64,000 bases of DNA. Origin: Candidatus Dadabacteria bacterium CSP1-2 (GTDB lineage: Bacteria; Desulfobacterota_D; UBA1144; Nemesobacterales; CSP1-2). Of this stretch, positions 58,865 through 64,000 are shown piece by piece. The translations under genes were made by a program, and so were the position numbers. The stretch spans positions 14,173 to 78,172 of the forward strand of contig LDXN01000003.1 of the NCBI GenBank assembly GCA_001443445.1, in the 5' to 3' direction. The notes beneath the pieces were generated by a model. The model did not search any database. It worked only from the letters and a program-made list of their open reading frames with translations, and was not told the origin of the DNA. Positions within the stretch are counted from its first letter, which is position 1; each line of letters opens with the position of its first letter.

Positions 58865-59659
58865 ATGAGAAAGAAAGACGTATTTGCTATTTTGTTCCCA
58901 GTTGTTATCGTTGTATTGCTTCATCTTGTAAGCTGTGCAACACCCCCTCCAACAAAGGAGCTTGCAGATGCTGAGGCAGCAGTTGCAGCGGCTACAAATC
59001 AATGCAGCATGTGTAAAGGGGACTGGTGTCAAAACGTGGGAAAGCCGGACGTAGAGTATTGCGGATACCCATGTGGAGATGCTGAGCTAGCAGCCGCCCA
59101 AGCTGCGTTGGCTAAAGGGAAGGTTCTTGCTGGTGAGTTCTGTCATGAGCTAGAAGCCCGTAGGATGCTCGTTGATGCAAAGGCAAAGGCGGATGAGGCT
59201 AGGTTTAAGTGCCTTGCTAAAAAAGAGGCTCCTCCACCACCACCTATGGTTGAGGAAGAATTTGGGCTAAAGGATATATTCTTTGATTTTGATAAATATG
59301 ACATTAGGCCTGATGCGGAGCCTGTGCTTCAAGAGAATGCAGATGTCTTGAAGAATAACCCAAATGTCACTATGGTTATTGAGGGATATGCTGATATAAG
59401 GGGTACACCAGCATATAACCTTAGGCTTGCGCAAAGAAGAGCTGATGCAGCAAAGGCTTATCTGGTCAGGCAGGGAGTTGGCCCATCGAGAATTACAACT
59501 GCAAGCGGTGGTGAAACCACACAGTTTGCCGCTGGGACATCAGAAGATTCTTTTCAGCTAAACAGAAGAGCTCATTTTATTCCCACACAACCATCAGCAT
59601 CGGCGCCTGGAGCAAGGATTTACTTTAAATTTAACGACGAAAGTAAGCCTGCTCTATAA
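58865..59659 (+). CDS. Second Pal/OmpA-family lipoprotein with Cys-rich insert
   Basis: Lipobox LVSC; IFFDFD, EGYAD.RG...YN..LAQRRA, NRRA. Confidence 0.88.
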   Translation: MRKKDVFAILFPVVIVVLLHLVSCATPPPTKELADAEAAVAAATNQCSMCKGDWCQNVGKPDVEYCGYPCGDAELAAAQAALAKGKVLAGEFCHELEARRMLVDAKAKADEARFKCLAKKEAPPPPPMVEEEFGLKDIFFDFDKYDIRPDAEPVLQENADVLKNNPNVTMVIEGYADIRGTPAYNLRLAQRRADAAKAYLVRQGVGPSRITTASGGETTQFAAGTSEDSFQLNRRAHFIPTQPSASAPGARIYFKFNDESKPAL

Positions 59660-59681
59660 AGTAGAGAATAGTTTACAAAAA

Positions 59682-59721
59682 TTAAAGAGGAAAGATGCCA
59701 TTAGGCTTCTTTCCTCTTTAA
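59682..59721. terminator. Hairpin after pal cluster
   Basis: TTAAAGAGGAAAGA ... TCTTTCCTCTTTAA. Confidence 0.65.
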
Positions 59722-59822
59722 AATTGAATAGATTTAATTAGTATCAATCTAGGTATGACCTTGTCAGGTATCCTTATATTCTAATTTACCTATACTAAAA
59801 TCTTATAACCAACCTAGAATAT

Positions 59823-61124
59823 ATGGAGTTAAAACTTAATAATTCGAAAAGATTATATAAGATCGCAGAACGTCTTATGCCCGGTGGAGTAAATAGTCCT
59901 GTTCGCTCCTTCAAGGCTGTTGACGGTACGCCGGTTTTTATATCAAGTGCGAAAGGACCCTGGATATATGATGAAGATGGAAACAAATACATAGATTATA
60001 TAGCATCGTGGGGTCCGCTTATTCTAGGGCACACTCACAATGATGTTGTAAGGGCAGTAAAAAAGGCTGCAGAAAATGGTACAAGCTACGGCGCTCCTTG
60101 TGTAGACGAGATAAATCTTGCAAGCCTTATTGTTAAGTCGTTTCCTTCAATTGATATGTTACGAATGACTAGTTCTGGCACTGAGGCAACTATGAGCGCT
60201 GTTCGTCTCTCACGGGCATATACAAAGCGTGATTTTATTATTAAATTTGAGGGATGCTATCACGGACATGCCGATTATCTACTAGTCAAAGCAGGCTCTG
60301 GAGCAACTACATTTGGAACCCCTAGCAGCCCTGGTGTTCCTAAGGGATTCACAAATAACACCCTTCTAGCTAGGTACAATGATATTCGTTCTGTAGAAAG
60401 GCTTTTTTCTAAATATGAAAATCAAATTGCCTGTGTTTTAATCGAACCCGTTGCCGCAAACATGGGCGTCGTTCCACCGAAGAACGGGTTCCTTGAGGGA
60501 TTAAGAAAGCTGGCGCAAGATTCTGGAACACTTCTCATATTCGATGAGGTTATAACCGGTTTTAGGTTGGGCTTAGGTGGTGCACAGAAAACATATAATA
60601 TAAAGCCAGACCTTACGTGCTTAGGTAAGATAATAGGTGGTGGCTTTCCCGTTGGGGCATATGGTGGGAGAAAGGAAATAATGAGTATGATCGCTCCTAT
60701 TGGGCCAGTGTATCATGCTGGCACACTCTCAGGAAATCCTGTTGCTATGGCGGCAGGGGTTGCAACGATAAATAAACTCAGGGAAAAGGGAACATACAAA
60801 AGACTGAATGAATTAACTCAGAGTCTTATAGAAGGTTTGCACAAGATCCTGAAGAAACTTGGTATAAAAGCCCAAATTAACTCTGTAGGCTCCATGTTTA
60901 CTATATTTTTCACAGATCGCGAAGTGTTTGATTATGAATCCGCTCTTACCTCAGACACAAAAATGTATTCCAGGTTCTTTAAAAACTTATTAAGTGCAGG
61001 TATTATGTTTCCGCCTTCTCAGTTTGAAGCAGTTTTTGTTTCACTTGCGCACACTGAGAGGGAAATTGATATTACTCTTAGAGCCGTTTATAAGGCGCTT
61101 AAAGAAACAGCGAGTCGCGGTTAG
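59823..61124 (+). CDS. hemL: Glutamate-1-semialdehyde 2,1-aminomutase
   Basis: PGGVNSPVR, SGTEATMSA, GCYHGH, FDEVITGFR, GKIIGGG.PVG. Confidence 0.97.
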   Translation: MELKLNNSKRLYKIAERLMPGGVNSPVRSFKAVDGTPVFISSAKGPWIYDEDGNKYIDYIASWGPLILGHTHNDVVRAVKKAAENGTSYGAPCVDEINLASLIVKSFPSIDMLRMTSSGTEATMSAVRLSRAYTKRDFIIKFEGCYHGHADYLLVKAGSGATTFGTPSSPGVPKGFTNNTLLARYNDIRSVERLFSKYENQIACVLIEPVAANMGVVPPKNGFLEGLRKLAQDSGTLLIFDEVITGFRLGLGGAQKTYNIKPDLTCLGKIIGGGFPVGAYGGRKEIMSMIAPIGPVYHAGTLSGNPVAMAAGVATINKLREKGTYKRLNELTQSLIEGLHKILKKLGIKAQINSVGSMFTIFFTDREVFDYESALTSDTKMYSRFFKNLLSAGIMFPPSQFEAVFVSLAHTEREIDITLRAVYKALKETASRG

Positions 61125-61216
61125 TGAATCGTGTACCGAATCGTTCGACTGAGGCTTCGGCCTAGGCTAGGCGCCCATAACGAGGTCACGAACCACCAGT
61201 CATTAGCCACGATTCA
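61110..61216. repeat. 7-bp-period inverted repeat with nested TCGTTCGAC element; overlaps hemL stop
   Basis: agtcgcggttagtgaatcgtg ... [tcgttcgactgag...aacga] ... gtcacgaaccaccagtcattagccacgattca. Confidence 0.65.
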
Positions 61217-61233
61217 TATGGAGGAGAGCTCAG

Positions 61234-61479
61234 GTTAAGGAAGAAAAAAATCTTGGGTGGCTAAGATACTTTGCTATTGGTACTGAATTAGCATTCTCGG
61301 TTGTTGCAGGGCTTATCGCGGGTCATTATGTTGATAAATGGATTGGGACAAAAACACCTTGGTTTACGTTCATAGGTCTTATAGCGGGAGTAGTAACCGG
61401 GTTCAGCTTACTTATAAGGATGACAAAAAGAAAACATGACAACAGAAATAATGAAGATAACAAGACCAATAACGTTTAG
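61234..61479 (+). CDS. AtpZ/ATPase gene-1 family protein with no canonical start; not in ORF track
   Basis: Own translation: VKEEKNLGWLRYFAIGTELAFSVVAGLIAGHYVDKWIGTKTPWFTFIGLIAGVVTGF...; SD GGAGG at 61220. Confidence 0.8.
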   Translation, partial: VKEEKNLGWLRYFAIGTELAFSVVAGLIAGHYVDKWIGTKTPWFTFIGLIAGVVTGFSLLIRMTKRKHDNRNNEDNKTNNV

Positions 61480-61822
61480 TAGAGTTGAAAAGCATGGATT
61501 AATCGTTACTGGAATACTTGTAGCAATAAATGCTCTTGTTGGCTCGCGTGAGCTTGCTCTCGGAGCTGGGGTAGGGGGTGGGTTGGTACTTGTGAATTTT
61601 TTAGCAATTCGCTTAGTAGTAGGCGCTCTTATTGGAGGCGCTCATTCTAAGGGTTTTAGTGTGTTTGTTCTTATGATTAAAATGGCTGTTCTTATTGGTT
61701 TGGTAATTTCTCTTTTTTTATTAACAAAGATAAACATCTATGGGTTTCTAATTGGAATGGTAGGTGTAGTAATAGTTATTATTGGAGAAGCTCTTAGAGG
61801 AAAGAAAGATGGAGCACTTTAG
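61436..61822 (+). CDS. atpI: ATP synthase protein I
   Basis: Four TM helices; G...G.....NF motif; position before atpB. Confidence 0.75.
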   Translation: MTTEIMKITRPITFSRVEKHGLIVTGILVAINALVGSRELALGAGVGGGLVLVNFLAIRLVVGALIGGAHSKGFSVFVLMIKMAVLIGLVISLFLLTKINIYGFLIGMVGVVIVIIGEALRGKKDGAL

Positions 61823-62498
61823 TTGGTTTACATTATTTGGGTTAGGCAAATATGATCCCATATTGGGAGCTATTTTAGTGGTTCTCTTTTTAATCTTTGC
61901 TGGTTATAAAATTAAGAAGAATCTCTCAAAAGAGAATTCTATACTTCCTGAGGAGAAATTTACACTAAGAACGATTTTTGAAATTCTTACAATTGATTTT
62001 CTGCTAGATCTCATTACAAGTATGATGGGTTCTCGTGAAAAGGCAAAGAGGTATTTTCCTCTACTAGGAACGAGCTTCATGTTCATTCTCATTTCAAATC
62101 TACTCGGTTTAATTCCCGGATTTCTTTCACCTACTGGGAATTTTAATACTACAGTAGCCTGCGCACTTGTAATATTTGTTATGTATAACTTCTATGGATT
62201 TAAGGAAAATGGGGTCGCTTACTTAAAACACTTTGCTGGACCCATAATCTACATCGCACCGCTAATGATTGTGATTGAAATTATAAGCCATCTTGTCCGT
62301 CCCTTATCTCTCTCTTTGAGGCTTTTCTGGAATATGACAGGAGACCATCTGGTTCTTGGAATTTTTACTAACCTTACTCACTTTGTAGTCCCTGCGCTTT
62401 TTATCGCCCTTGGTATTTTTATCTCATTTCTACAGGCGTTTATTTTTACTGTTCTTTCGGCAATATATATTTCACTTTCAACAGCACATGAACATTAA
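61809..62498 (+). CDS. atpB: F0 subunit a; start re-called at 61809
   Basis: NLLGLIPG, PT.N.N, IEIIS...RPLSLSLRLF.N, LQAFIF..L...Y. Confidence 0.96.
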   Translation: MEHFSWFTLFGLGKYDPILGAILVVLFLIFAGYKIKKNLSKENSILPEEKFTLRTIFEILTIDFLLDLITSMMGSREKAKRYFPLLGTSFMFILISNLLGLIPGFLSPTGNFNTTVACALVIFVMYNFYGFKENGVAYLKHFAGPIIYIAPLMIVIEIISHLVRPLSLSLRLFWNMTGDHLVLGIFTNLTHFVVPALFIALGIFISFLQAFIFTVLSAIYISLSTAHEH

Positions 62499-62558
62499 AA
62501 GGGATAATTAATTTTAATCAAAACTTTAATAACAAAGACTAAACAAGGGGGTGAAAAA

Positions 62559-62894
62559 ATGAAACGGTTTCTCTTTTCGGTTGGTATGATCGGATTTGCT
62601 ATTCTGGGAGCTTTCGTTCCTGAGGTGTTAGCACAAGAGGAGGCTCCGGTTAAAGAGCTAGGGGATTTAGTAAAATTTGGTCTCGCCATTGGAAGCGGTT
62701 TGGGAATTGGAATAGCGGCCGGTATTGCAGGTTTGGGTCAGGGACGCGCTACAGCGGCTGCACTAAGCGGAATTGCAAGAAATCCAGGGGCTGCGGTAAG
62801 GATTCAAACCCCGATGATCATCGGTCTTGCTCTTATAGAGTCTCTGGTAATCTATGCCCTCGCTATCACGTTTTTGCTTCAGGCAAAGATTTAA
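62559..62894 (+). CDS. atpE: F0 subunit c with signal-peptide-like N-terminal extension
   Basis: GxGxGxG helix, ARNP loop, LIESLVIY. Confidence 0.96.
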   Translation: MKRFLFSVGMIGFAILGAFVPEVLAQEEAPVKELGDLVKFGLAIGSGLGIGIAAGIAGLGQGRATAAALSGIARNPGAAVRIQTPMIIGLALIESLVIYALAITFLLQAKI

Positions 62895-62906
62895 TTAAAC
62901 AAACAA

Positions 62907-62972
62907 GTAGGGGCAATCCTTGTGAATGCCCCCGAAGAATTCATCGGGGGCGAACACGAGATTTCCCCCTAC
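62907..62972. repeat. GTAG-type REP doublet (REPIN-like)
   Basis: GTAGGGGCAATCCTTGTGAATGCCC ... GGGCGAACACGAGATTTCCCCCTAC. Confidence 0.8.
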
Positions 62973-63026
62973 TTTTCTAGGTTTTTATAGACTTTCCTCA
63001 AAAACTATAATATCATTTCCATTAAA

Positions 63027-63437
63027 GTGAGAAAGATCATTAAGTATCTAGTATTTTTACCAATCTTCGTGTTAGGCTGCTCAGCCACAGGCTCTATTGA
63101 GAAAAAGCAAAAACTACTTCAGGAAACAGCTTCAACCTACTATAACCTATTTATGTGGAAGTCATACGAAAAGGCCTCTCTTTTTATAGATGAGGATAAA
63201 AAGGGTAACTTTGAGAGATTTCTCTTTGATTCTAAAGATGATCTTAACATAACAAATTACGAAATAAGAGAAGTGACTTTTAACTCAGTTGAGAATAAGG
63301 GTTTAGTTAGGGTTCTTATAAGTTATTATAAATACCCATCGGTTTCTGAGAAAACCATACTACTTCAGGACCCCTGGATTTTAAGAGGAAAAGGGTGGTA
63401 TCTCTACTCGGATTTCAACGAGGAGATATATAAGTAG
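63027..63437 (+). CDS. Putative lipoprotein
   Basis: Lipobox VLGC; NTF2-like terminal W....GWY. Confidence 0.7.
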   Translation: MRKIIKYLVFLPIFVLGCSATGSIEKKQKLLQETASTYYNLFMWKSYEKASLFIDEDKKGNFERFLFDSKDDLNITNYEIREVTFNSVENKGLVRVLISYYKYPSVSEKTILLQDPWILRGKGWYLYSDFNEEIYK

Positions 63438-63652
63438 CGTAATACCTTTAAATTTTAATAAGGTTGTTTATTAGTATTAATGGTACTTGGCTCTGTGCTA
63501 CCGTGAAGTCTGGAGTCTTTCTGGGGTTGTGGCAACGAGCAAGGCTGGTTGTTAAAATTCGTCGGGATTCAATTTATCAAGAGCAGAAACCCTATTTTAA
63601 AAATGTGTTTGCAGCATCTTTATATGGGTGCAGTAATTAAAGAAACGCTCTC

Positions 63653-64000
63653 TTAAATCGGAAACCTTTCGAGCACGAACTTCTTTGCTTCTTCTTTATC
63701 TTTCACATTTCCCTCAAGCTGAGCCTCTTCTAGGGATTCAAGAATCTCTGAGAAAATGGGTCCGGGGGTATATCCCATTTCAATAAGGTCGTAGCCAGTT
63801 AAAATAGGCTTTGGTTTTATCTCTTCTTCTTTAAACTCTTCGAGCTTTTTCTTTACAAAATCGTAGGCCTCGGTGGAACCATGACTTGCAAGACAGTCTG
63901 CTAGATGAAGTGTAAGATGGTCTTCAAAATAGGGCATACCAAGAAAACGCTTTAGTGTACTTTCTTTCATATTGAAAACGTCTTTGAATCTTAAGTGTTC
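63653..64000 (-). CDS. CCA-adding enzyme/poly(A) polymerase family, C-terminal part (truncated by window)
   Basis: Frame open to window edge; HLRF, L.LH.ADC, LTG.DLI..GY.PGP.F..IL. Confidence 0.85.
   Translation of the reverse strand, partial: EHLRFKDVFNMKESTLKRFLGMPYFEDHLTLHLADCLASHGSTEAYDFVKKKLEEFKEEEIKPKPILTGYDLIEMGYTPGPIFSEILESLEEAQLEGNVKDKEEAKKFVLERFPI

Noticed and set aside
30-62689. Numerous short antisense or overlapping ORFs in the track (e.g. 21066-21704, 26821-27243, 52687-53157)
   Set aside because: Shadow frames of well-supported housekeeping genes
63440-63650. Possible ncRNA (e.g. 6S) between the lipoprotein gene and cca
   Set aside because: I could not establish a convincing long fold-back or conserved motif by eye; needs an Rfam search

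Overview
Origin-proximal chromosomal window of an AT-rich Gram-negative bacterium. Gene content looks deltaproteobacterial/Dadabacteria-like, which is an inference. It is mostly housekeeping: murA, hisG, argH, dnaE, ftsY, ribD, nadD, rsfS, mnmE, pabB/pabC, tyrA-hisC-pheA, gspLMN, comF, dnaN, dnaA, leuS, thiE, thrC, mscL, two pal-like genes, cpoB, hemL, F0 atp genes and cca. oriC (DUE, DnaA-trios, DnaA boxes) lies between dnaA and dnaN. A perfect parS and a second DnaA-box cluster lie after mnmE. Accessory DNA comprises a decayed tRNA-Glu island (three integrase remnants around an intact TIGR04255-led three-gene operon), three type II TA loci and a putative HEPN gene. The most notable observations are: (1) DnaA has an N-terminal extension resembling the ParA-activating LGRGL peptide of ParB; (2) the TIGR04255 triad is a candidate toxin/antitoxin/third-partner defence module; (3) several families of small palindromic repeats nest inside one another and are inserted in frame in dnaE, leuS, ftsY and pabB; (4) rsfS, atpZ and a relE gene appear to lack canonical start codons. 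All protein assignments come from motif recognition by eye; no database searches were run.
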